Of a DNA stretch of 64,000 nucleotides, positions 9,714 through 18,600 are shown piece after piece. The position numbers and the translations under genes were made by a program. The stretch covers positions 52,407 to 116,406 of the forward strand of contig CAXNMJ010000005.1 in NCBI GenBank assembly GCA_964203655.1, given 5' to 3'. Below the pieces are notes generated by a model. It did not search any database, was not told where the DNA came from, and worked only from the letters and a program-made list of their open reading frames with translations. This stretch comes from Ilumatobacteraceae bacterium. Its GTDB lineage: Bacteria; Actinomycetota; Acidimicrobiia; Acidimicrobiales; Ilumatobacteraceae. Every line of letters begins with the position of its first letter. Position 1 is the stretch's first letter.

Positions 9714-10039
9714 TTTCGTTTGCGCTTTTTCTTCTTGTTTTTCTTTTCTTTGATCTCTGCGGCGATGTCACTTGCCATCGCATTAATGATCGCTTCGGCT
9801 TCGCTCAACACAGAGGCTGCCGTGCCATCTTTGACACTTATTGGCTCAAGTGGCGTCACAGCCGGCACGATCGTGCCGTGCGCCCAGCCGATATCGACAG
9901 CACGATGATCGAACTTTGCACACTCATCGGGGCATCGCCATGGCGCATCAGGGGCAAGGTCGAGACGGCAGCGTCGCATCGCATCGCCGTTTGTGTAGGT
10001 GCGACTTTCGAAATGCTTGCATTCGGTTCGCATTGCCAT
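9710..10039 (-). CDS. Hypothetical small Cys4 protein with a poly-Lys/Arg C-terminal tail, embedded in the suf operon
   Basis: 109 aa: MAMRTECKHFESRTYTNGDAMRRCRLDLAPDAPWRCPDECAKF...EIKEKKNKKKKRKRK. Its stop overlaps the sufD start (ATGA at 9710-9713) and it lies 29 nt downstream of sufB. Codon usage looks native. I recognise no family. Confidence 0.6.
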   Translation of the reverse strand: MAMRTECKHFESRTYTNGDAMRRCRLDLAPDAPWRCPDECAKFDHRAVDIGWAHGTIVPAVTPLEPISVKDGTAASVLSEAEAIINAMASDIAAEIKEKKNKKKKRKRK

Positions 10040-10068
10040 ATTTCGAATTTTACTTCAGTTGGCTAACT

Positions 10069-11466
10069 TCAGCCGACCGAGCCTTCCATTTGCAACTCAA
10101 TTAGTCGACTCCACTCAACGGCGTATTCCATTGGCAATGTGCGTGTGACCGGCTCGATAAAACCGTTGACGATCATGCTCATTGCTTGCTCTTGCGAAAG
10201 ACCGCGACTCTGCAAGTAGAAGAGTTGTTCGTCGGCGATTTTTGAAACCGTTGCTTCGTGACCAATTTGTGCATCTTGAGCGCCTACTTCCATGTATGGA
10301 AAAGTGCGACTCTCGCTTTGTTCGTCAAGAATTAGGGCATCACATTGCACGTGACTCTTGCAGTTTGTTGCACCCTCTTCGACACGAACCAGACCGCGGT
10401 AGGCGGTGATACCGCCGTCTTTAGAGATCGACTTTGAAACAATTTTTGATGACGTCTCGGGCGCGGCGTGAACCATTTTGGCGCCAGCATCTTGGTGCTG
10501 GCCGGCACCCGCATAAGCCACGGAGAGAACTTCGCCAGTGGCTTTTGGTCCCATTAGATAGACACTTGGATATTTCATCGTCAACTTTGAACCGATGTTG
10601 CCGTCGATCCACTCCATGTGGCCTTCGGTTTCGACGCGTGCACGCTTGGTGACCAAGTTGTAAACGTTTGGTGACCAGTTTTGAATCGTCGTATACGTGA
10701 CATGCGCGCTTGGCTTGACAACGATTTCGACAACAGCCGAATGCAACGAATCTTTTGTGTAGACCGGCGCTGAGCAACCTTCGATGTAATGAACTTTCGA
10801 ACCTTCGTCAGCGATAATCAGCGTTCGCTCAAACTGGCCGGCATTTTCAGAGTTGATTCTGAAGTAAGCCTGCAGCGGCATTTCGCATTCAACGCCCGGC
10901 GGAACATAAATAAATGAGCCACCCGACCAAACAGATGTGTTGAGTGCCGAAAACTTGTTGTCGCCCGGCGGAATTACCGTGCCGAAATATTGCTTGACAA
11001 GATCTGGATATTCGCGCAACGCAGTGTCCATGTCGCAAAACAAGATGCCAAGTTTTTCGAGATCTTCGCGATTGCGATGGAAGACAACTTCACTCTCGTA
11101 CTGGGCGGTGACGCCAGCGAGATACTTTCGCTCAGCTTCTGGAATACCAAGTTTTTCGTATGTCTTGCGCATCTCTTCTGGCAGGTCTTCCCATTCGTCG
11201 ACTTGCGCTGTGGCCGGCTTCAAGTAGTAATAGATGTCTTGAAAGTCGATGTCTGGCATGTTGACGGCGAACCAGTCGAGCATCGGCTTTTTTTCAAAAG
11301 TCTGAAGTGATCGCAAACGCATTTTGCGCATCCACTCGGGCTCACCTTTCCACCACGAGATTTGCTCGACGACGCCCGTGTTTAATCCTTTGACGGGTTC
11401 GAATGCATATTCAACTTCGTCGCTCCAACCGAGTTGGTACTTCGAAAGGTCGAGATCAAATGTCAC
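10069..11466 (-). CDS. sufB: Fe-S cluster assembly scaffold SufB
   Basis: ORF 10069..11709 has strong SufB motifs (..FIYVPPGVECEMPLQAYFRIN.., ..KSHVQCDALILDE.., ..EATVSKIADEQLFYLQSRGL..). The start is set at GTG 11466, preceded by CGAGGAGAA, giving 465 aa. The longer ORF would overlap ychF. Confidence 0.9.
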   Translation of the reverse strand: MTFDLDLSKYQLGWSDEVEYAFEPVKGLNTGVVEQISWWKGEPEWMRKMRLRSLQTFEKKPMLDWFAVNMPDIDFQDIYYYLKPATAQVDEWEDLPEEMRKTYEKLGIPEAERKYLAGVTAQYESEVVFHRNREDLEKLGILFCDMDTALREYPDLVKQYFGTVIPPGDNKFSALNTSVWSGGSFIYVPPGVECEMPLQAYFRINSENAGQFERTLIIADEGSKVHYIEGCSAPVYTKDSLHSAVVEIVVKPSAHVTYTTIQNWSPNVYNLVTKRARVETEGHMEWIDGNIGSKLTMKYPSVYLMGPKATGEVLSVAYAGAGQHQDAGAKMVHAAPETSSKIVSKSISKDGGITAYRGLVRVEEGATNCKSHVQCDALILDEQSESRTFPYMEVGAQDAQIGHEATVSKIADEQLFYLQSRGLSQEQAMSMIVNGFIEPVTRTLPMEYAVEWSRLIELQMEGSVG

Positions 11467-11578
11467 TGAGCGTTCTCCTCGGGGTGAGTAATTAGCACTA
11501 TCTGCATAGTAACAATTAACAGGCTTGAATGCGCAACCCCAGACTGGTTGTTCGGCACAGATAGCGTGACGATCTCTC

Positions 11579-12676
11579 ATGGAACGCTTCGGTCTTGTCG
11601 GTTTGCCCAACGCTGGCAAGTCATCTTTATACAACGCACTGACCGGGTCGAACGCGCTCGCCGCACCGTATCCGTTTGCGACCAAAGACCCGAACATCGG
11701 AATGGCCAAAGTGCTCGACCCGCGACTTGATGCCCTGGCGGCGATGTCGAAAACACAAAAAACTGTTTATGCAACTGTTGAAGTTGTCGACATCGGCGGA
11801 CTCGTCGAAGGGGCAAGCAAAGGTGAAGGACTCGGCAATAAATTTCTCGCCAACATTCGCGAAGTTGACGCGATCGTTTACGTTTTGCGTGCGTTCGCCG
11901 ATGACGACATTCCGGGACCGAGCGACCCGCTCGAGCACTTGCGAGTTTTAGAAATTGAATTGGCACTCGCCGACCTTGAAGCAGTCGAAACAAAAATCAA
12001 TCGGATGCAAAAAGCGGCACGAATGGACAAGACGCTCGAAGACGAACTCGGCGCTTTGACTCGCGCGCAAGAAAATCTTGCTGAGGGACGGCCGTTATAT
12101 CGAGCCAAGATTTCAAAAGACGATTTAGAACTGTTGGCACCACACTTTTTATTGACGACTCGCCGAGTTCTGGCAGTTGTCAACGTCGCCGAAGATGACT
12201 TGGCGCGAATTCCAGAATTTGAAGAAATTGTGCGCAAAGAACTTGCGCCACCAGGGTCGGCAAGTGAAAATCAAGTCGAAGTTTTGGGCATGAGCGTGCA
12301 ACTTGAAGCCGAAGCAGCGCAACTTGACGCCAAAGATCGAAAAGAAATGCTCGAAGCGCTGGGCTTGGGTGAAGGCGCGTTGCCACGCATGGTGCGATCG
12401 GCGTATCACTTGCTTGGATTGCGAACTTATTTCACGACTGGCGAAAAAGAAACGCGTGCGTGGACTTTCAAGGCGGGGGCAAAAGCACCTGAATGTGCCG
12501 GAAAGATTCACAGCGACTTGCAGCGTGGGTTTATTCGTGCAGACGTGATTATGTGGGATGAATTGTTGAGCATCGGATCGTGGAACAAAGCCAAAGATGT
12601 CGGCAAAATTCGTGTTGAAGGCAAAGACTACGAAGTGGTTGACGGCGACACGCTTGAAATTCGCCACAACACGTAA
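11579..12676 (+). CDS. ychF: Ribosome-binding ATPase YchF
   Basis: 365 aa. G1 motif GLPNAGKSSLYNALT and a C-terminal TGS-type end (..RVEGKDYEVVDGDTLEIRHN). Confidence 0.9.
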   Translation: MERFGLVGLPNAGKSSLYNALTGSNALAAPYPFATKDPNIGMAKVLDPRLDALAAMSKTQKTVYATVEVVDIGGLVEGASKGEGLGNKFLANIREVDAIVYVLRAFADDDIPGPSDPLEHLRVLEIELALADLEAVETKINRMQKAARMDKTLEDELGALTRAQENLAEGRPLYRAKISKDDLELLAPHFLLTTRRVLAVVNVAEDDLARIPEFEEIVRKELAPPGSASENQVEVLGMSVQLEAEAAQLDAKDRKEMLEALGLGEGALPRMVRSAYHLLGLRTYFTTGEKETRAWTFKAGAKAPECAGKIHSDLQRGFIRADVIMWDELLSIGSWNKAKDVGKIRVEGKDYEVVDGDTLEIRHNT

Positions 12677-12682
12677 CAAAAT

Positions 12683-13039
12683 ATGGTTGTGCCGACTCAA
12701 TTCAAAACTGGTTGGTTGGTGTGTCAATCGCAAGTGCTGTCGAGTTTGAATATTGCCGACAATGCAAAGACCCGACGGCAAGGCCTGATTGGCCAGTCTG
12801 AAATTGAGACACCGCTGTTCATTGACTCATGTCGATGGATACATACGTTCGGCGTCAAGTGCGCACTCGACGTCGCATACCTAGATGAACAACTGCAAGT
12901 GATCAAAGTGCAAAAAATTAAGCCCCGACGAGTTGGCATGCCGGTGCTCAAAGCAAAACACGTGCTCGAAGCTGGTGCAGGCACTTTTGAAAATTGGGGT
13001 CTTGTGATTGGCCACACTCTTGAAGCACGGTCGACGTGA
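12683..13039 (+). CDS. DUF192 domain protein
   Basis: 118 aa. ..RRQGLIGQSEI..PLFIDSCRWIHTFGVKCALDVAYLD...VLEAGAGTFENWGLVIGHTLE fits the DUF192 pattern. The start is uncertain. Confidence 0.6.
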   Translation: MVVPTQFKTGWLVCQSQVLSSLNIADNAKTRRQGLIGQSEIETPLFIDSCRWIHTFGVKCALDVAYLDEQLQVIKVQKIKPRRVGMPVLKAKHVLEAGAGTFENWGLVIGHTLEARST

Positions 13040-13911
13040 TGAGCGAGCAACTGCCGCCATCTGGCACGACGAATCGTGGCGCACTTGTTCTTGTTGCAAC
13101 ACCGATCGGAAATCTCGGGGACATTTCGCAACGTGCAATTGAGGCACTCAAAGCGGCAGACATTATTTGTTGCGAAGACACGCGACACTCTGGCAAGTTG
13201 CTCGCCCACTTTGGTGTGACCGGCAAAAAATTAGTCGTGATTAATGAACACACCGAATACGACGCGCGCGAAGAGATCGTTTCACTGGTTACATCTGGCT
13301 CAAACGTTGCATTGATAACAGATGCAGGCACACCCGGAATCAGCGACCCAGGCGAACGACTTGTTGTAGCCGTTATCAATGCTGGCGGCGTCGTTACAGC
13401 AGTGCCTGGCGCTTCGGCGCTGACAATGGCACTCGTAATAAGTGGTCTGCCAACGTCGCGTTTTGTGTTTGAGGGTTTCTTGCCGCGCAGCGGCGCCGAA
13501 CGCACCGAGCGTCTGGCCATGGCAACCACCGAATCACGAACAACCGTGTTTTATGAGGCACCACATCGACTCGTAAAAACTCTCAGCGATCTGACAACTG
13601 CTTGCGGTGCGATGCGCGGCGTCGTGCTGGCTCGAGAGTTGACGAAACTTCACGAGGAAATATGGCGAGGAACTTTGCAAGATGCGAACATGCTCGTCGC
13701 CAAGACAGAGCCACGCGGCGAATATGTGATCATTCTTGAGCCCGCAAAACCACCGGCGCCACCCACAGATGAAGAGTTGCTTGCCGCAATTCGTGCAGAG
13801 ATCGCCAAAGGTGTGAGTCGCAAAGATTCTGCGGCCCGAGTTTCTGCTCGCTTTGGCGTTGCGAAACGCACTGTCTACGAACTCGCACTGCAAGTTCGCG
13901 ACAACCTTTAA
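13036..13911 (+). CDS. rsmI: 16S rRNA (cytidine1402-2'-O)-methyltransferase RsmI
   Basis: 291 aa. LVLVATPIGNLGDISQRAIEALKAADIICCEDTRHSGKLL and ..DAGTPGISDPG.. are hallmark RsmI / tetrapyrrole-methylase-fold motifs. Confidence 0.9.
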   Translation: MMSEQLPPSGTTNRGALVLVATPIGNLGDISQRAIEALKAADIICCEDTRHSGKLLAHFGVTGKKLVVINEHTEYDAREEIVSLVTSGSNVALITDAGTPGISDPGERLVVAVINAGGVVTAVPGASALTMALVISGLPTSRFVFEGFLPRSGAERTERLAMATTESRTTVFYEAPHRLVKTLSDLTTACGAMRGVVLARELTKLHEEIWRGTLQDANMLVAKTEPRGEYVIILEPAKPPAPPTDEELLAAIRAEIAKGVSRKDSAARVSARFGVAKRTVYELALQVRDNL

Positions 13912-13920
13912 GATATATAC

Positions 13921-15426
13921 GTGAAAAAGTTCTCGGCGACGACGCCAATTTATTACGTCAACGCCAAACCACACCTCGGGCACGCATACACGACGATTAT
14001 CAGCGATGCGGTCTGCCGTTGGCACAAACTTTGTGGCGAAGAAGTTCATCTTTTAACTGGCACCGATGAGCACGGCCTGAAAATTCAGCAATTCGCCGAC
14101 GCCGAAGGTGTTTCGCCAAAACAATTCGTCGACAAGATTGCGCCATTATTTGCCGACGCATGGGATCGCCTGAATATTGACGTCAGCGATTTCATTCGCA
14201 CGACCGAAGAACGCCACAAGGTTGGCGTGCAGAAACTTTTGCAGGCCTGTTACGACGCCGGCGATATTGAAGTCGACATTTATCGTGGGCATTACTGCGT
14301 TGCGTGTGAGGCCTATTACACACCCGAAGAGCTCGACAACGGCAAATGCAAAATCCATAACACGAAAGCTGAATACGTCGAAGAAGAGAATTATTTTTTC
14401 CGTCTGTCTCGCTACGAAGAAAAACTATTGAAGTGGTACGCCGATCACCCTGATGCGATCAAGCCTGACCACCGCGTCAACGAAGTAACAGGTTTCATCA
14501 AACAAGGCTTGCGAGATTTTTCAGTGAGTCGCAAAACTCTGACTTGGGGCATCGAGTTGCCATGGGATAAATCGCATGTTGCATACGTTTGGTTCGACGC
14601 GCTTGCCAACTACATCACCGCGCACGGCTACGGCACCGACGAAAAACAGTTCGGTGCAAATTGGCCCGTTGACTATCACTTCATTGGCAAAGACATAATT
14701 CGTTTTCACTGCGTTTATTGGCCAGCGATGCTGATGTCGGCAGGCCTTGAGCCACCAAAAGGATGGGCAGTTGGCGGATGGTTGTTAGTCGGCGGCGAAA
14801 AGATGTCGAAGACAACCGGCAACGTCGTGAACCCGCTCGACTTGATCGACGAAATTGGCGTAGACGGTTTTCGATATTACGTTTTGGCCGACACAAACTA
14901 TGGCAACGACGGCGACTTCTCGTACGAAGGTTTGCTATCGCGCTACAACTCGGATCTTGCAAACAACTTCGGCAACTTGGCAGCCCGTGTGGCGACAGTG
15001 GTCGAGAAAAAGTGCGGTGGCATCGGACCAGTGCCGTCGATATCAAGTCCGCTAGCTGAGATCGCCAAAACGAGTGTCGCTCAAACAATTGCCGAATGGC
15101 AAAATGTGCAACCGAGCCGCGCGCTTGATGCGACGTGGTCGTTGATCCGTGCGACAAACGCATTTCTTGAAACAAACGAACCATGGAAGATGGAACCGGG
15201 CGCCGACCTTGACCGCGTGATGGGCGATGCGCTCGAAGCGTTGCGAATCGTGACGATTTTGGCAAGCCCAGCGATGCCCAAGACTTGCCAAGATGTTTGG
15301 CAACGTCTCGGCATGGTCGGTGAAGTTTCTGATCAACGCGTCGGCGCCGACACACAATGGGGTCGCTACCCCGGTGGCACAACTGTTACGAAGGGCGAGC
15401 CACTGTTTCCGCGCAAAAAGATTTAG
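13921..15426 (+). CDS. metG: Methionine--tRNA ligase (short form)
   Basis: 501 aa with a GTG start. HIGH-type HLGHAYT and KMSKS-type KMSKTTGN motifs. Confidence 0.9.
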   Translation: MKKFSATTPIYYVNAKPHLGHAYTTIISDAVCRWHKLCGEEVHLLTGTDEHGLKIQQFADAEGVSPKQFVDKIAPLFADAWDRLNIDVSDFIRTTEERHKVGVQKLLQACYDAGDIEVDIYRGHYCVACEAYYTPEELDNGKCKIHNTKAEYVEEENYFFRLSRYEEKLLKWYADHPDAIKPDHRVNEVTGFIKQGLRDFSVSRKTLTWGIELPWDKSHVAYVWFDALANYITAHGYGTDEKQFGANWPVDYHFIGKDIIRFHCVYWPAMLMSAGLEPPKGWAVGGWLLVGGEKMSKTTGNVVNPLDLIDEIGVDGFRYYVLADTNYGNDGDFSYEGLLSRYNSDLANNFGNLAARVATVVEKKCGGIGPVPSISSPLAEIAKTSVAQTIAEWQNVQPSRALDATWSLIRATNAFLETNEPWKMEPGADLDRVMGDALEALRIVTILASPAMPKTCQDVWQRLGMVGEVSDQRVGADTQWGRYPGGTTVTKGEPLFPRKKI

Positions 15427-15428
15427 TC

Positions 15429-16214
15429 ATGCCAACTGAAGTTGCAACGAAACCTGAATGGGTTGACACTCACTGCCACGTGACTTACGAAGATATTCCT
15501 GGTGGTGCCGAGACGGCTTTGGTCGCGGCGCGTGAAGCAGGTGTTAAGCGAATGATCACAATCGGCACCGATGTCAAAACTTCGCGAGCCGCAATTGAAC
15601 TCGCAAGTCAACACAAAGATGTTTGGGCGACTGTCGGTCTGCATCCGCATGATGCCAAAAACACTTTGGATGGCATTCACGAGTTGATCAAACAACCACG
15701 AGTCGTGGCTATCGGTGAGTGCGGTCTTGACTACTTCTACGACCACTCAGATCGCGCCGTGCAACGCGAGATTTTTGCTGCTCAAATTGCGCTCGCCAAC
15801 GAGCACAAACTGCCACTGGTTATTCACACGCGCGAAGCATGGGATGAAACATTTGAGATTCTCAACTCATGTGGCGTGCCAGAGCGAACAATTTTTCATT
15901 GCTTTACTGGTTCGCCAGTTGAAGCGAAGAAATGTTTAGACATCGGTGCATATCTTTCTTTTTCAGGCATTGTTACTTTCAAAAAAGCCCAAGACATTCG
16001 CGACGCGGCGAAAATTTGCAGTGCCGACAAGATGCTTGTTGAAACCGATAGTCCATTTCTTGCGCCGGTTCCGCATCGCGGATTGTCAAACCAACCGGCA
16101 TTTCTTGTCGAAGTCGGTGCGTGTCTGGCCGAGGTGAGAAATGTTGCTGTCAGCGAGATCGCAAGTCAAACAACACACAACGCAACCATTGCTTTCCCTG
16201 GCATCGCTGCGTAA
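15429..16214 (+). CDS. tatD: TatD-family metal-dependent DNase/hydrolase
   Basis: Start at ATG 15429 (MPTEVATKPEWVDTHCHV..), 2 nt after the metG stop. Motifs DTHCH, GECGLDY and VETDSPFL. Confidence 0.85.
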   Translation: MPTEVATKPEWVDTHCHVTYEDIPGGAETALVAAREAGVKRMITIGTDVKTSRAAIELASQHKDVWATVGLHPHDAKNTLDGIHELIKQPRVVAIGECGLDYFYDHSDRAVQREIFAAQIALANEHKLPLVIHTREAWDETFEILNSCGVPERTIFHCFTGSPVEAKKCLDIGAYLSFSGIVTFKKAQDIRDAAKICSADKMLVETDSPFLAPVPHRGLSNQPAFLVEVGACLAEVRNVAVSEIASQTTHNATIAFPGIAA

Positions 16215-16261
16215 CCTGAATATGTCGTCATTAGACGGCTCACCCGAGGAGCGCTTTCACG

Positions 16262-16756
16262 TTGTTTCTTTCAACTTTTGAACGACGACGCATCGTAATT
16301 GCGGCGCTGCTAACGGTTCTTGTGTTGCCGTTCGTTTTGTTAAATCGCACTGATGACAAGGTTGCAGACTCGGCTGAAGTAGCGACTACAACTACGCAAC
16401 TTGAACAAGCCGACGACGACGGCTCACTCGAGCCAATTATTTTGGGTGGACCGTCACCCATAGTTCAAGACGGCTCTGCGCAGATCGCCTACCCCGCCAG
16501 CAGTTTGACCGGCGTGCAGGCAATCGCGTCGTTCAGCAACTTTGATAACGCACCTGAGATTGTTTGTTACATGCCCCAAGCCCCACTGGGCATCAAAATT
16601 TCGGTGCAGAATCTGAACAATGGCCGAACCGCGACATGTACAAACGTCTTTCGCACGACAATGCCATCTGGAGCTTCAATGCTTTTGCACACAAAAGTTT
16701 TTGAATCACTAGCAAACCTGGTTGATGCACCTATTCCTGTGACTGTTTCCTGGTGA
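16262..16756 (+). CDS. Membrane-anchored protein with a C-terminal RlpA-like double-psi beta-barrel (DPBB) domain
   Basis: 164 aa. N-terminal TM segment (IVIAALLTVLVLPFVLL). The C-terminus ..APLGIKISVQNLNNGRTATCTNVF...MLLHTKVFESLANLVDAPIPVTVSW resembles RlpA/3D-type DPBB domains. TTG start is uncertain. It sits in the rpfB slot of the tatD-rpfB-ksgA-ispE synteny. Confidence 0.5.
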   Translation: MFLSTFERRRIVIAALLTVLVLPFVLLNRTDDKVADSAEVATTTTQLEQADDDGSLEPIILGGPSPIVQDGSAQIAYPASSLTGVQAIASFSNFDNAPEIVCYMPQAPLGIKISVQNLNNGRTATCTNVFRTTMPSGASMLLHTKVFESLANLVDAPIPVTVSW

Positions 16757-17622
16757 CATTTTCACGCACTGAGATCACTGCGCTACTTGACCGACATGGT
16801 CTCGCCCCGCGGCGAGCATTCGGTCAAAACTTTGTTATTGACGCCAACACTGTGCGAAAAATCGCGCGCCTTGCCGATGTCGGTGCCGGAGATTTCGTGC
16901 TCGAAATCGGTGCCGGTCTTGGCTCGCTCACTCTCGCACTCGCCGAGACGGGCGCAAACATCACGGCAGTTGAAATCGACAACGGACTTGTCGAAGTGCT
17001 TCGAAGCAACACGGCGAAACTCGAAAACGTCGAGATTGTTCACGCCGATGCGATGGCACTTGACTGGCAACCACTGCTCGCCAAGTCAAAACGCTGGCAT
17101 GTTGTGGCCAATCTTCCGTACAACGTGGCAACCATCATCGTGGCTGACTTGTTGGACGGCATCGCCGAAGTTGAGCACATGTTGGTGATGGTGCAAAGCG
17201 AAGTTGCAGATCGCCTCGTCGCCAATGCCGGAGATGAGGCATACGGTGCTGTGAGCGTAAAACTTAACTACTGGGCGACTTCTAAAATTGTTGGACAAGT
17301 GCCGCCTTCAGTTTTCTTTCCGCAGCCGCGCGTTGAATCTGCGCTTGTTGATATTCGCCGCCGTGCACAACCCGGGGTAAGCGGTGTTGTTGCAAAAGAA
17401 TTGTTCGCACTCGTGCGCACCGGGTTCGCCAAACGACGCAAGATGCTGCGAGGCGCATTATCTGAAGTGGCAACTGCAGATGACTTTGTAACTGCACAAG
17501 TCAACCCCGAATCGCGCGCCGAAGAACTTGATCTCGCAGCTTGGGGTCGTTTGCGCAGTGCAATCGACACCCGCCTCTCGCACGCCACGACCAGCACCGA
17601 TCACAACACTCTCGACCATTAA
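16753..17622 (+). CDS. rsmA: 16S rRNA (adenine1518/1519-N6)-dimethyltransferase RsmA/KsgA
   Basis: 289 aa with a GTG start. FGQNFVID, EIGAGLGSLT (SAM site) and NLPYNV motifs. Confidence 0.9.
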   Translation: MTFSRTEITALLDRHGLAPRRAFGQNFVIDANTVRKIARLADVGAGDFVLEIGAGLGSLTLALAETGANITAVEIDNGLVEVLRSNTAKLENVEIVHADAMALDWQPLLAKSKRWHVVANLPYNVATIIVADLLDGIAEVEHMLVMVQSEVADRLVANAGDEAYGAVSVKLNYWATSKIVGQVPPSVFFPQPRVESALVDIRRRAQPGVSGVVAKELFALVRTGFAKRRKMLRGALSEVATADDFVTAQVNPESRAEELDLAAWGRLRSAIDTRLSHATTSTDHNTLDH

Positions 17623-17624
17623 CT

Positions 17625-18374
17625 ATGAGCGACCAAATTGTTTCACTCATCGCGCCGGCAAAACTCACACGTTCACTTCGCGTTACCGGAATTCGACCTG
17701 ACGGGTTTCATTTGATTGATGCCGAAATGGTGACACTTGAGTTGGCCGATGAACTTGTGTTAGATCCGACGCGAAGTGGGCTCGAAATTGTTGGCAAATT
17801 TACTGGTGACCTTGAAAACTCGAGCGACAATCTCGTCTTGCGTGCACTTCGACTCGTCAATCGTGAAGCACACGTCACAATCACAAAAAATATTCCGTCT
17901 GGTGGTGGCCTCGGTGGCGGATCAGCCGATGCGGCTGCAATTCTTCGCTGGGCCGGCTTTACCGATTTAGTTAGCGCTGCAAAACTCGGCGCAGATATCG
18001 CGTTTTGCATGGTCGGAGGTCGGGCGCGGGTATCGGGAATTGGCGAGGTGATTAATCCGCTTAAAAAGATTTCTCAAAAGATCACCCTTGTTGTGCCACC
18101 GTTTCGCGTTTCGACACCTGCCGTCTACCGCGCGTACGACGAACTGACAGATTTTTGCAAGAAGCCGATTATGCATTCGGGAGTCAACGATTTAGAACCT
18201 GCGGCGATCAAAGTTGAACCACGACTCGCCGAATGGAAAAAGAAAATTGCGAACGCTGCAGGTGATGAACCGACGCTTGCTGGCAGTGGTTCAACTTGGT
18301 GGCTGAATGGTGAGTTCAATGACCTCGCCGCCAAACTTGCCGACGCGACAGTGCTCACCACGCAAACTAATTAG
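17625..18374 (+). CDS. ispE: 4-diphosphocytidyl-2-C-methyl-D-erythritol kinase IspE
   Basis: Start ATG 17625 (MSDQIVSLIAPAKLT..), 2 nt after the rsmA stop. GHMP kinase motif PSGGGLGGGSADAAA. Confidence 0.85.
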   Translation: MSDQIVSLIAPAKLTRSLRVTGIRPDGFHLIDAEMVTLELADELVLDPTRSGLEIVGKFTGDLENSSDNLVLRALRLVNREAHVTITKNIPSGGGLGGGSADAAAILRWAGFTDLVSAAKLGADIAFCMVGGRARVSGIGEVINPLKKISQKITLVVPPFRVSTPAVYRAYDELTDFCKKPIMHSGVNDLEPAAIKVEPRLAEWKKKIANAAGDEPTLAGSGSTWWLNGEFNDLAAKLADATVLTTQTN

Positions 18375-18453
18375 CGCGAAGCGTGCTATTTGTTGCGTTG
18401 ATGACGCGTATAGACAGCGCGAAGCGTTCTATTTATTGCGTTGATGACGGGTA
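18374..18453. repeat. Imperfect tandem direct repeat (period 43 bp, 2 copies) covering the 3' end of the bS22 gene and its flank
   Basis: 18374-18410 GCGCGAAGCGTGCTATTTGTTGCGTTGATGACGCGTA versus 18417-18453 GCGCGAAGCGTTCTATTTATTGCGTTGATGACGGGTA, 34 of 37 identical by hand alignment. Confidence 0.75.
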
Positions 18454-18521
18454 CGGCGAAGCATCTTCTTGTGCTTCTTCTTGCGCATACGCTTGCGGCG
18501 GCGCTTGACCAGTGATCCCAT
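18429..18521 (-). CDS. Small ribosomal subunit protein bS22 (actinobacterial 30-aa basic peptide)
   Basis: Not in the ORF track because it is under 60 aa. My translation is MGSLVKRRRKRMRKKKHKKMLRRTRHQRNK*. It closely resembles, from memory, mycobacterial bS22 ([25 protein letters not shown]..). Confidence 0.8.
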   Translation of the reverse strand: MGSLVKRRRKRMRKKKHKKMLRRTRHQRNK

Positions 18522-18600
18522 GACTCGCAATACGATATCTGACTCAGATGGGAAACGACACATAAAATTGGCTACCGTAGAGGCGTCAGCCAATACCCAT

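Noticed and set aside
11467-11709. N-terminal 81-codon extension of the sufB ORF
   Set aside because: It overlaps the divergent ychF start, has Cys/Arg-rich non-SufB sequence, and a GTG with a strong SD at 11466 yields a normal-length SufB.
18374-18453. Tandem repeat as a CRISPR or minisatellite array
   Set aside because: There are only two imperfect 43-bp copies with no spacer structure and no cas genes. It is explained as a duplicated gene end.
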